Assembly (NCBI GenBank): GCA_043228905.1
Contig: JBHGNT010000016.1
Coordinates: 7,254,001-7,318,000, forward strand
DNA: 64,000 bases
Origin: Azolla caroliniana
Lineage: Eukaryota; Plantae; Polypodiophyta
Direction: 5' to 3'
Part shown: positions 13,431-25,800 of the stretch, one piece after another
Position numbering within the stretch: the stretch's first letter is position 1
Layout of the letters: each line of letters begins with the position of its first letter
Program-made: the position numbers and the translations under genes
The notes under the pieces: generated by a model
What the model was told of the DNA's origin: nothing
What the model saw: the letters and a program-made list of their open reading frames with translations, nothing else
Databases searched by the model: none

Positions 13431-16400
13431 TTAGCCAAAGAAATAAATACGTGTTCGATTCCAATTCAAGAGGACCCTTTATAAAATAGGGTTTGATTAC
13501 AATGGCAACTTCTAGTTAACCACAAGCTCAATCAAAACATAAATACTAAATGCCCTTAGAGACGAGCAAATCCGAACACGGCGAAGACGCACACGAGCAC
13601 CACCAAAATGCCAACCCCAACAAACCACGACCACCCGAACGACGATCACACAGGCTCGCAACGACGAACGGGGTGAAGCAATGTCGAACCAACGAAGCTT
13701 GGGCTCACAAGCACTTCGAGTGCCAACGCGAAGAAGACGAGCACGTGGTGATGAGGGGATGAAGGGGTATGAGATGAAGAGAAGTGGTGAAGAAGAAGAT
13801 GAAGAGATCTGAAGGAAAATTAGCGATAGTCTCCTCCTCCCAAAACGTCCTCCCTAAATGAGCCCCCCTTGACCTCCTTTTATAGGAAAAAAAAGAAGGG
13901 GGGTCGCCAATTTTGTCTTCAATGAAAAAGGAATAAAATTCCTTAATTCACGTTGCATTGTAAGACCAAATTTGAATTGTGCACCTCTAGTTAGAAGTCA
14001 ATGTGACTATCCACTAGCCCATTAACTCTCTCTTATATAATATATAATTCTATCTCTACAAATTCATAGCCTGTCTCCCCTCTACTTTTTATCTCTCCTC
14101 TCTCTTACTTTTGACACGAGCTTCTCTACATCCTTTCCACCCTTTCCTTTCCCTTTTCTTTTGCATGTGCACAATTAATTGCCTTTGTGTGCACACACAT
14201 TGCACATGCACATTTTGACCCCCCCCCCCCCCCTTTGTCGATTTTTCCCACTCTCGAGCACGCCACATCACGACATCCACACCCACCAAATCGCACATCC
14301 TCCGATATGTGCCAAGAATGGCGGGCTGAGGGTGGTCAATAGTTCATTTCCTCCTCCTCATTAACCCTGTGGCTTGTTGTTTGCTCGCCTTTATCTTCAT
14401 CAAGGTCATCGAGGTTTGGCTCCCTGTCGTGTCGCTTTTTGAAGATTTTGAGCCGCTTCCCTGCTATTGGTACTGCCAACTTAGTCCCATCCAGTTCAGT
14501 GAGATGGTAGTGACAAGAACACACGCTCCCGATGAACAACGCTCGGCCACAACCGAGCTTAGAGTCATAAAACACAGAAAAACGGGAATGAAGGCACGAC
14601 ACAGTGAAGAGAAGAGTACACAGGATGTTTACGTGGAAAACCCAAATACAAGAAAAACCACGGCAGCCCACAGACTGCAAACTATCACTATGTCAGAATG
14701 TACAAAATGGTAAAGCACCGAAGCAACGACCTCGAGCTTTCTATCTTCGCCACAGGCGGCGGTTACAACAAAGGCAACGACCTCTTCCTCTCTCTCACTC
14801 TCTCTGTACATAGTTGCGCGCTCTAATCTTGAGCCAACCAGAATAACAACAACCTTCATCTAAGTTTGCCCTAAGTCATATTTATACTAATATGACTTTT
14901 CGGCTATTTACAAATATAGCCTCGATGGACTCTCAGAAAACATATTTACGAATATGTTCCTTCATCCGGTGAGCACTTCTCACCGGGCCTTCATCATCCG
15001 GCTCTTGTCGGGTACTCCTCATCCGGTTCTCACCGGGTCTTCCGTACCGAGTTTACTCATCAGTATTGATCTTCTCACTTCCCATCCAGAGGGACCTGTT
15101 TCCTAATAGGTAGGTAGCATTATTGTTTGCACTCGTTACCACGTATAGCCTGAACCATCGCTTGGCAAATTTCCGCATCGAGCTATGTTGATTGTCGAGA
15201 CTACTATCATACACAATCACCCAGTCTCCTTCTTTGATCTTCTGAGGGCATAGTCGGTGTGTCTTGTCGAACTGGGCTTTGTTACTTAGCCTAGCCGCTT
15301 CTAACCTCTCCTTTGCCAACTCCAAGTCTTCGGGTCTTCTCTCAAGTTGCCTTTTCCTTGTTGCTAGAAGCTCTTCTTGACTCATCTCGTTTTCCCACGA
15401 CATCACTACCCATGACGCGATCGTGTCTTCAATGGGCATCGCTGGCTTTTGTTCGTACATGAGTTCAGCTGGCATGAAACTTGTAACTGAGCTATGAGTT
15501 GTTCTATCGGCCCACAAGGCATAAGGTAGTAGCCAAGGCCAGTTCCCGAATCGCCCATCGCAAGCTCTTACAATGGCTTTTACGATAGGCCCGTGTCCGC
15601 GTTCTATCTTTCCATTAGCCTTCGGGTTATAAGCGGTCGTGAGAGAGAGCTTCACTCCAAGTCATTCAAAGAGCTCTGTAGTTTCGTGAGCATTCAACTC
15701 TCCTCTGTCGACCACTATCTTTCCCACACATCCATACCAACAGATGACATCCTCAAGTAAGAATTTACACAACCCCGCCATCGTTTTGTTTGTTAAGGCT
15801 CGCCCTTCTACTTGGTTTGTTAGATCTTCTCTTGCTAGCACCAAAGATTTCATTTGGCCCACTCCCATCGGCATTGAAACCAAATCCACCATCCATTTGA
15901 AGTGTATGGTGAGTGGGTACGTTGGGTGCAAGTTGTCCCTATGGCATATGTTGGAGTGTATCTGGCAGCTTTCACACGTCCCCACGAAATGGGCGATATC
16001 CTTGTACATTCCCAGCCACCAATAGTTCTCCTTTAACTTCTCGAATGTTGCCCACGTTTCTCTATGGTCCGCCCAAGGTCTCTCGTGGAACTCAGACATC
16101 AATGTTGTCTGGTCCTCTTCCTTTATGACCACTCATTGTGGCGTCCCCGTCCTTCTCTTCGGGTGCCTCCAGAGGAATCCCCCCCGTAGGAAGTACTTGT
16201 ACGCTTTCTTTTGGACTCTTTGTGCTTCCTCCTTCGACCATGAACTATCCACCATCATTGAGCTTAAGAACTTGCCAATGTGTAGCCACTCCCCTCCATA
16301 TTCACTTTCGTTGAAGGTGTGGAGTAATCGCACATCTTGATCATCTATAGACGCCTGGGCCGTCTTAAAGAAGTCAAGAGCGACATCCTCGTCTTCATAC

Positions 16401-16930
16401 ACCGTGTCGCTTTCGCCCTCGAATCTTGCCCTCGATAGCATATCTGCCATGGCATTGTTCTTCCATGAAATGTGGTGAATCTACGGGTTCATTAATTTGA
16501 TGTAAGCAATCCATCTTAGCATAGCTAAGTCAGGTGTTGCACATCCCAAAACCATACCTAGGATTGGAAGGCAATCCGTCTCTATTATCACCATTGACCC
16601 AATTAGGTAATCTTTATCCGCCTTCACTGCGGACACAATACCCCAAATCTCACGTTTTATTTGGGCGTATCCTCGTTGTCACTCGCTTAAGACCTTGGCT
16701 CCGAACCGGATGGCGTAGCGTGTACCATCCTCTCCTTCTTGGTTAAAGACCCATTTGATCCCTGTTGGACTCGTATCTACCATCACGTAGATGGGCACCC
16801 CTTCCTTGTATACGTCTTTTCGTAAAGCTGGTGCTGCTACCAACATTCCTTTGAGCCTCTTCATTGCCTCTGTGTGCTCTTCCTCCCATTTGAACTTCTG
16901 CCCCTTCTTGAGTAGCCCATACAAGGGCTT
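13431..16930 (-). mobile_element. Degenerate Ty3/gypsy (RT end, RNase H, integrase, probable 3' LTR ~13431-14290)
   Basis: ORF fragments VDTSPTGI, ADMLSR, H...CESCQ, AYNPKANGKIER, LPYALWADRTT; the integrase C-terminus resumes at 14510 across the solo LTR. Confidence 0.85.
14511..15108 (+). mobile_element. Solo LTR inserted in the gypsy integrase
   Basis: 5-bp TSD GGTAG at 14506-14510 and 15109-15113; starts TG; end homologous to 1-173. Confidence 0.85.
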
Positions 16931-17049
16931 GGCTTGGCCCTATCGTACTCTCCTAAGTAACCACGATTCCTTGACCCGATTACTCAAGGGAGTAATTAAA
17001 GGTGTATCTCTAAAGAAGGGGACAACAGTAACTTCAGGGAAGCTTTGCC

Positions 17050-17658
17050 TCAAGAATATCTCCATGACCGATAACATATCAGACAAGATGACCAAGTGTC
17101 TCGCAGCTGACCGATTCCGATCACTTCAACACCAGATGGGCTTAAGGAGTAATCAATCCAATCGAATCGGACAACAGAGACAACTCTGAGCACTCGAACC
17201 AACTGGTTTGGTTTTTGTCTCTCTCGGCCATCACCGATTTGGCTACAAGCTGATTAATCATAATATCTCTTTGTATAACTTGTATCTTCTGTTTTATATT
17301 ATAGGTCTCTCCTTAATGTATACTCCTATTATGGGGGATTGTCGAATATGGGTGTCTAATGGACGTATTCACACTATCCCTTGGACAGACTAGGTTTAGG
17401 ACAATTCTGTAAATATGTCAAAGGGCAATTGCCCTAGCCCAGTTAGTAGATAACGGGCATTGTAACCTAGCTCATAATGTTGTTGCCTCCATTTTGTTGT
17501 AACTATGAGTTTGAATAATAAAGTTACATCTTGTGTGACATTCGATGTCTCTCTTTCTCTCACTTTGTCTCATGATCTTGCTCTACCATGCTAACTTGGT
17601 GATCTTCTAAGCATAGATGTTGTTCTTGTTTCCGCACTGACAGTCTCAAATTCCAACA
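17050..17658 (+). mobile_element. Copia 3' end with LTR 17340-17658
   Basis: ISMTDNISDKMTKCLAADRFRSL matches the RNase H tail of the intact copia; PPT ggggga then tgtcgaata...ttccaaca. Confidence 0.85.
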
Positions 17659-19052
17659 GTGTGAAGTATCTATCGCGATGGTGATTGGACCTCAAAATGA
17701 AATTTCTTTTGAAGTGAATTTCACCTCCATTTTGTGTCATGTAGAATCAAGTGTTTTGTGCTTCTTATTCTTGAAACCTTTGTCAAAACTCTTAGTTGCA
17801 TTATGTGTCATGATTGTCAAAACATATGCTTGGCCAATCATTTTGTGCCATGTGCTTATTATACTTGGTTAAGGGCTTGCTTAAATTGATTTAGTTACAA
17901 TCTTCAGTAATCTTGTTTCCTTGTCAATATTTTTTGGTGCTAGAGGTAATCTTGTTTCCTTCTCAATATTTTTGGGTGCTAGAGCTAATCTTGTTTCCTT
18001 GTCAATATTTTTTGGTGCTAGAGCTAAGATGCGACCATAGAGACCCTAAACCAAGGAAGATGGACTTGTTATTGATGGCCAGAATTCCTCTACAATGTGT
18101 TTGCATCACTCCAACTTCTCATGCGTTTAGCAACCATCCTTGACATACTAAGGCGTGAAAACAACAATCTTGCATTCATCATGGTGGGACTCGAACCCAC
18201 AATATCTCACTCCAAAGGCAAGTGCCTTGTCTATTAGGCCACATGATCAAGTGCATGTTAAATTACATTCAAATCCATAAAAATTATATAAAGAAGCAAG
18301 ATAATGATAAATAAGGTTTATTGCTTATTCTTCTAACCTCCGTCCAATCACTCAATTAGCACTAGATGTCATGATTGTGTAGATCCCATAAAAACTCATT
18401 GATAGAGTAGATCCTGTATAAACTGTATAAACTGATAGTGGTTGAGTAAACCCCCAATTATGTACTAGAGTTGATGTACAATTCAAGAACTCCAAGCAAT
18501 TCCACTAAAATAATTTTGAATCTCTAATTGGTCTTGATGGAAAACAAATCATGGATACACATCTCTAAAGTATTAATCATGGTGCCACTTCAACTACAAA
18601 ATGGATTGATTTTGAAGTGAGTTTTGCCTCCATTTCGCCATTTCGTGTTCATGTAGAGTTTATTTTTGTTTGTTTCTTATTCTTGTAACCTTTGGCAAAT
18701 CCTTCAATTGCATTATGTGTCATGCTTCCCTAGATCCCATATAACCTATTAATACTATGTCCATGTAGATTGATTCACTTGAACAATCTTTGGTAATCTA
18801 GAGTTTGTGTTATACATTGTTAAGGGAATCACCAAGAAGGGTATCAAAGATGGGACCATTGACATTTTGTGCCATGCACTCATTATAGTTGGCTTGCATA
18901 GCCTTATTCACTTGAACAATCTTTGATTTTATGCCATGTGCTTATTATACTTGGCTTGCTTAGATTGATTCACTTGAACAATCTTTTGTTATCTTGTTTC
19001 CTTGTCAATATTTGTGGTGCTAGAGTTTGTGTTATACATTGTTAAGGGAATC
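17659..19052. repeat. Degenerate repeat carrying a tRNA-Arg-derived unit; continues at 33432-~34230 beyond the DNA transposon
   Basis: internal duplications (aatcttgtttccttgtcaatatt x4; ttcacttgaacaatcttt x3); 18040-18250 is homologous to 33470-33810. Confidence 0.75.
18176..18248 (-). pseudogene. tRNA-Arg(CCG)-derived pseudogene
   Basis: minus strand GATCATGTGGCCTAATAGACAAGGCACTTGCCTTTGGAGTGAGATATTGTGGGTTCGAGTCCCACCATGA; transitions disrupt the anticodon arm. Confidence 0.75.
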
Positions 19053-19088
19053 AACACGTTCGCGTTCACAAGTGGAAGGATCGCGCAT
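19053..19088 (+). repeat. Left terminal inverted repeat
   Basis: aacacgttcgcgttcacaagtggaaggatcgcgcat. Confidence 0.93.
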
Positions 19089-19410
19089 AAATGGAAGGAT
19101 AAGGGAAAATTTAGGGGTTTTTCAATGATTTTACAAAACACATTGATACCAGTATCATACATGTTCAAACATACTATGAAAAAGGTTAAAAATCCACTAT
19201 TTTCGTGATTTAGAAGTAACTAAAAAAAGACGAATTTCAAAAAGATACATTCTCAATTTATATCACAAACTTTACAACCAATGTTATTTTATAAGAAACG
19301 ATTTTTTAGAAATCATAAGAATTCAAAACACATGATTTTATATTACTCGATTTGTTACAAGCGGAATGTAGTTACACTTAATAGCCAAATATACATTCAT
19401 GATCACTCCT

Positions 19411-22179
19411 TTACGGAGAATCACTACTATAACTAATATACAATGACGATTCCTCCTCATCATCCTCGGATGTACCAATCAGTGCATTATCTTCGTCATA
19501 AACCAAATGGTTTGACTCTAGATTATATGTAGCAGATCTCGTTTGCCTTTGACTCGAGCCACCTTGTAGACCTGGTAATTTTTCTATTGTTGACTTCCTT
19601 AATCGTCCGGCTTTTGTAAGTGTGAAGTCGTACACGATGATATCCACATCAGAGATATCAAGGGTCGAGGTGTTACGAATGTTTCGCTTCCTCTTCCTAC
19701 CTCCCCTTCTTGTTTGGCATTCAATCATCTCCAATGTATACTTACCTGTAAAAGCATTTGCACTTCTAGTGTTGTACCAATGAACATTTATAGACTTGAT
19801 CGTGTTTTCTATTTCATGCATTAGCACTTCTAGAATTTTACCAACCCAAAATTGGTGGCCATGTGAGTTCTCATCAGCCGGTGTTGCAATCAACATCCCC
19901 GCGGTGAGCTCTTGCAAATTTCCTTGCCATCTAGCTTCGACTGCTTTGGTCATCCTTGGTCCCACATAAATGTCTCTTTGTTGTGGATGGACCAAGCTGT
20001 CATTAATCGCATTTACTAGTTGCTCCGGACTTCTATTTACGCGATCATGTTGCAACAACCATGTGAATGGCGTTTCCAAATTCCAATTATCAACAGATAC
20101 ACAATTGTCTATAATTTCTTTCTGATCACTATAAAATACATCCCACCATGACGTGTCTTGTTGTGCGGCATATTTCTTGGCGGCCTCAATATGCTTTCTT
20201 TTTTCTTCTAAGGCTTGGAGCCATGACCGTTTTTGTTCTGATACCAAGTCGCTCTACAACTGTCCTTTCTTCTCAATTGGCATTTGCTTAGCTCCATGGA
20301 CAATTGTACTCGGCATACAAAGTAATAACTGGCAACCACCTTCAGGTTCCCATGTTGTAGAAGATGAATATTGTTTAGCATACAAAAGTGTAGAACCACT
20401 TATTCCATTTTTCTTTATCATAAAAATGTGATTGAAACTTATATTGTTTAACTGAGCAAGCACTTTAACATTCCCACCACCCCCATCTAATATATATCTC
20501 TTAAAGTCATATACCTCCTTCAAGTGTAACACTTTTGGGCGTGGTGTATAAGCATCACAAATGACATCAAATAGTTTAGGTAAAGTGAAAGCATCATGCC
20601 GAGACAACTGTCTGGAGAATGTGCTAAACATCTGATCTATATGGTCATGTGTGTGGCCAACCAAAAGGAAATTGACTTTCACTTTCCTAAACAATTCTAG
20701 GTTGACCAACATACTTAGATAGCCAAATACAGTTGAATTTTTGTTCTCTCTAGCAGTATTGTCCAATTGAATGTATAGAACAGGAGGGAAAGGTTGTCCC
20801 CAAGACATCAAAACTCGGTGAATCACTGTAACTGTTAAGTTAGGGTCATTGTGAACATTGGGGTAAGTAATGAAGACGTGAGGTCGAACAGACCTATTAT
20901 AAGCCAAGCATCCCACCAAGTGCATTTGAACAAGGCACTCATCATTGACATCTTTGGGGAGCCTCTGCATATGCGGCAAGCATGTCTTCTTCTGGTCCAT
21001 GCCATCTATCATTAAGCACATGTATTGTTCGGGTCTCTTCAAACACTTCTCTCTATGATGCATCACCTTCCTTCGTTCTAAGGATTGTGCCTCACGATGC
21101 TCTTGTAGTAACTTCTTACTCGTATCCTTTTCCATCGATGTCTTTGCACCTTTAGCCAAACTTTTAAGATTTGCACAAATGGAGCAATACCCCATACGTA
21201 CTTTACGAGGAATAATAACATTTGAAAACCGAGCTCTCCATAATCTTGTGAATTGGCTATAGGTGATAGACTTATTACGTGAGCCCAGCATATCAGATCG
21301 ATAGACATCATAAACTTCCCGACGTGTATAATTATCAGAAAGATGCATCCTACCTGTAGTGGGCATTACTTCACAATTTAATTGAAAGTAAGTTTTCATC
21401 CAGCCAATAGCATGTCTTCCAATTGCACCTTTCATACTTGGAACCTCTTTACAATTGAGCATCTGATCCCCGCTAAGTAGACGTTGTTGTACTCTATGTA
21501 CCCGCATGTTACTAACACATAACGCAATTTTGAATGCAACTCTACATATCTGTTGCGCATGGAAGATATAATACTCGAATGATACTTTGATCCCCGTACA
21601 TTTGTCAGATACTAGTTGCATATGTGACCCGAGGTAAGTGTCTTGCTCATCACCGGTCATCGAAAAATAGTATCGCCTTAATTCTCGCAACTTTGATTTT
21701 CCAATCATAGACATACAACCACGGGCACAACATATTTTTTTGACATCAAATCCAATCTGTTTATCTGATGTCACCAAGCTAAATCTAGCCAGACGAATTC
21801 TTCGTGGGATTCTTCTAATATGCATAGGGCTCCCAGATTTCTCTTCCTGCATAGAGGTTGGTGTAACCTTGTTACAGTCTAATTCTCTGTTGTGGCCATC
21901 GCCAATGTTATTCAATGTTTCCTGGGCACTTCCTTCATTCTCGGTATCTTTATTAATATCGTATTCTTCAATAGAGAACTCTTCACCTGTGTCATTATTT
22001 ACATTCCCTGTAGATGAGCTCAGACAATATTCTTCGATAGAATATGGTGAGTCGGTCGATAGACAATATTCTTCAATCGAATATGGTGACTCTGTTGACA
22101 AACAATACTCTTCAGTAGAAAACGATGGGTCTGATGACAAACAATATTCTTCAATCAAGAACGGTGAATCTTCACTCAT
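19411..22179 (-). pseudogene. Sola-like DDD transposase, ~922 codons, with one in-frame TAG at 20254-20256
   Basis: ORFs 20254-22179 and 19411-20247 are in the same frame; motifs CC-x3-C, CRVAF, CSICANL...H, MIDGMDQKKT, YIQLDNTARENKN, FLLVGHTHDHIDQMFS. Confidence 0.8.
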
Positions 22180-22880
22180 GGCTTAAGGTCTAGATAGGGC
22201 TCTCTAAGTTATGTGCTTAGGGTAAGGAAAAAAACTAATAAGCTCCTCTCTAAACATATACTCCTCTCTAAACATAAACTTCTCTCTAAACAAAAGCCAA
22301 ATCAATAGAATGTCTATATTATGTAATATTCTATTAATACAATACATCAAAAATTTATTTTTAATAAAGTAATTGTACTTAAAATATCAATTATTATATA
22401 AACTAGATCTATATGAAGTTAAATCAAGTAAAATATAAAACTAATCATTAACAAGCCATGAATATGTTGGATTAATGTTAAAATCATTGGCTAATTAATG
22501 GCACCCATTTTGATATAGAACGTCTCACTCATTGGTTCTTTAATGCTCACCATTTTAAATATTAGACTTATCAATCATTGGTTAATTCATGCCAACATCT
22601 TTAATACATAGCATTTGAGAGTCATAAAAATTGTTGCTTTTAGTAATCAATCATTGGTACATTCATGAACCTCTATCATTGTCTCCTTCGTAACCTTTGA
22701 AGTCATTGTAGGTTGTTATGACTATAAAAGATTGATCAATATGTTAGTTTGACTTTGTAATCATTAATACAATCATAAGTTAATCTAGTTAATGTGACTA
22801 TGGTTACCAACTAACTATCCTCAAAGTTACCAACCTTGGTTAAGGTGACTATGATTACTTTAACCAATGTGGTCAATCCC

Positions 22881-22888
22881 TATAAATA
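22881..22888 (+). promoter_or_regulatory. Putative TATA box of the methyltransferase gene, now separated from it by the copia
   Basis: ccTATAAATAgg lies 7 bp before the copia LTR; removing the copia places it ~25-30 bp upstream of a pyrimidine/CA initiator-like tract (tttcactcac, ~28276-28285). Confidence 0.55.
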
Positions 22889-22895
22889 GGAAGAC

Positions 22896-25800
22896 TGTCG
22901 AATACATGTGTATAATGGACGTATTCACATTATCCCGTTTTGGCCATTTATGTAATTAGCATAAAGGGTAGTTGCCCTAAGTCGGTCACTATATATAGTG
23001 ACCTTGTAACCTTTTTGTAAGGTTGGATGTTGTATTATTGTTCTATTGAATAGAAAGTCTTTTGTGTCTCTCTCTCTCTCTCTCTCTGTGCAACGACCTA
23101 GTAACAGCCATACGCAGGTACAGAGAAGGAACGAATGCTTCTTGATCTTCCGCACTGACGGCCCCTTGTCTCCCAACATCTGGTATCAGAGCAGAGGTTC
23201 GGCCGTCATCACCGCCTGCACAACATTCGGTTCTTCACTTCATCACGGCCTGCACAGTATTCGCGTCATTCGAAGAAAGAGAGAAGAAGAACAAAAACGA
23301 GGTTTGCACCTCATCGCGTTAGATCCCCTTGCCTGGAGTAAGCCAGTAGGTAGCACTCCGTTCCTTGTGATCGTAACCGCTCGAGGTGAAATCCCCTTGT
23401 GCAACTTTGACAACAACCCAAATTCGTGCTTCATCTGGCTGATCGACATTCGGGAGGATCAGTCGGATCCGTCTCTCTTGTCGCTGCAGTCACCCGAAGC
23501 CGAATCGGTCCAGATAATCGGTTTCAATAATCGGTATTCGGCATATATATCCGAAGCGAACCGGGCTCACTCCGACTCGGCGACATTCGGGAAGACCAGT
23601 CGGTTCTGTCCCTCAAGTTACCGGAGTCAATTCGAGCAAGTTCCGAAGCCGAACCGACTCGGGTTCAAATCCGACTAGAACAATATCGGGTGAGCCAACC
23701 GGCTACACTCCAACGAGGTTCGTAGTCAACTCCGAACCGAGCTTCGTCAACCGAAAACCGAATTTGATGGCATCAACATCCGGCTCGTCAGAAATGAGTC
23801 TACGAAAGTTCGATGGATCGAACTTCAACTTCTGGAAGGAGCAAATGCAAGACTATCTCATAGTCAAGGGGCAAATCGATCCCATCGAAAATGAAGAACC
23901 TCCAGAAGGATACAAACCAATTGAGTGGCAGAAGCTGGACAGAATCGTCCGCGCCACGATTCGGATGCACCTATCGGAATCGGTATACTTTACGGTGCAA
24001 TCGTGTACGACAGCATTCGAACTGTGGAAAACACTGTCGGACACTTACGAAAAGAAGGTCGCCGCAACGAAGATGTTTCTGATCCGGCGCCTCTACAACT
24101 TGCGGATGAAAGAATCCGATTCGGTTCAAGCACACCTCAACGAGTACGAAAGCATAAGCTCCCAAATCTCGTCACAGGGGACGGCAATCGAGGATGAACT
24201 CAGAGCAATGATACTCATGAGTAGCCTTCCCTCTTCATGGGAAACTTTCGTCACAACCGTGTGCAACGCGTCAACCACGGCTGTTAAATACTCCGAAGTC
24301 ACGAGCGCAATCCTGACCGAAGCAGCTCGGAGAAAGTCTTTCGCCAAAGACTCAACAGACGACGCTTACGTAGTACAAGGTTCGACAGACCGATCAAACA
24401 CACGAGGAAGAGATTCCTCACGGCCGCCAAACAATCAGCGAAGACGGAGTCAGTCACGGGATAACCGAACCTGCAACTATTGCAAGAAACCCGGACACAT
24501 CAAAGCCGACTGCCGCGCACTCAAGAACAAGAACAACAAGAAGAGTGGCCGGCATGAGGAGATCAATTACGTCAGCTCCTCAGCTGATGTGCTACCAGAC
24601 GACCCGAATATACTATCAATCGAAAATCCAGTCGGATCAGAAGTTCTGCTCACGACTGAAGAATCGAGCACATGGCTCTTAGATTCGGGTGCGTCATTTC
24701 ACGTGACTCCTCATCGATCCCAATTTCGGCAATATGCGATCCGTCACTCCGACTCAGTTCGGGTCGGCAACTCACAACACTGTGACATCATCGGAATCGG
24801 CACAGTAGAGCTCAACCTTGCAGGTGGCTCTACACTTGTACTCCACAATGTCCGACATGTACCCGAGCTCTCAAGGCCATTGATCTCAGTCGGACAACTA
24901 GATGAAGACGGCATTCGTGCCGGTTTTTCTTCGGGAGGGTGGACACTCCACAGGGGGAACCTCCTGCTTGCTAGAGGACCCAAGATACACTCACTGTATC
25001 CGTTACATGTTACGCTCAGAGAGGGTAACCTGTTTTTGGTGGACATTCCTGTGTCATCACTATGGCACCGAAGATTAGGACACCTCAGCAAGGCCGGCAT
25101 CACGCACCTATCTAGAGCCGGATACATCCCCAAACTCTCCTTCTCGGACCATCAATTCTGCGAGCATTGCCAGTATGGCAAACAAGCAGCCGCATCACAC
25201 CCGACATCAGCACCAAGAGAAACGAGACCTCTCGATTTAGTCCATTCGGACGTCTGTGGCCCAATGCCGCATCAGTCTCTAGGCGGTGCCTCTTACTTCG
25301 TCACTTTTATTGACGATTCGACTCGAAAGGTGTGGGCTTATCCGATTCGCACCAAAGATCGGGTCTTCTCGATCTTCTCCGATTGGCTCGCTATGGTAGA
25401 AAATCAAACCGACCGAAAACTGAAATGCTTTCGGACCGACAATGGGGGAGAGTTCAAATCCGAAGAATTCGTCAAATTCTGCCGACAACGCGGCATCCGA
25501 CGTGAATTTACGGCACCACACAGTCCGGAGCAAAACGGGATTGCAGAACGAATGAATCGGACAATCCAAGAACGGATAGTTTCCATGCTCCAACACTCTG
25601 GACTGTCGGATGGCTTCTGGGCAGAGGCTCTACTCACGGCAGTACACATAATCAATATGTCACCAAGTAGACCTCTAGGACTTCAAATTCCTCAGGAACT
25701 TTGGATCGGCAGTAAGCCGAATTACGACAAGCTGAGGATCTTCGGATGCGAGGCGTACGCCCTTATTCCGAAAGATGATCGCCGAAAACTTGCACCTCGG

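Noticed and set aside
23046-23678. 210-aa ORF before copia gag
   Set aside because: Spans the LTR, PBS and leader, starts at TTG and has no recognisable motif.
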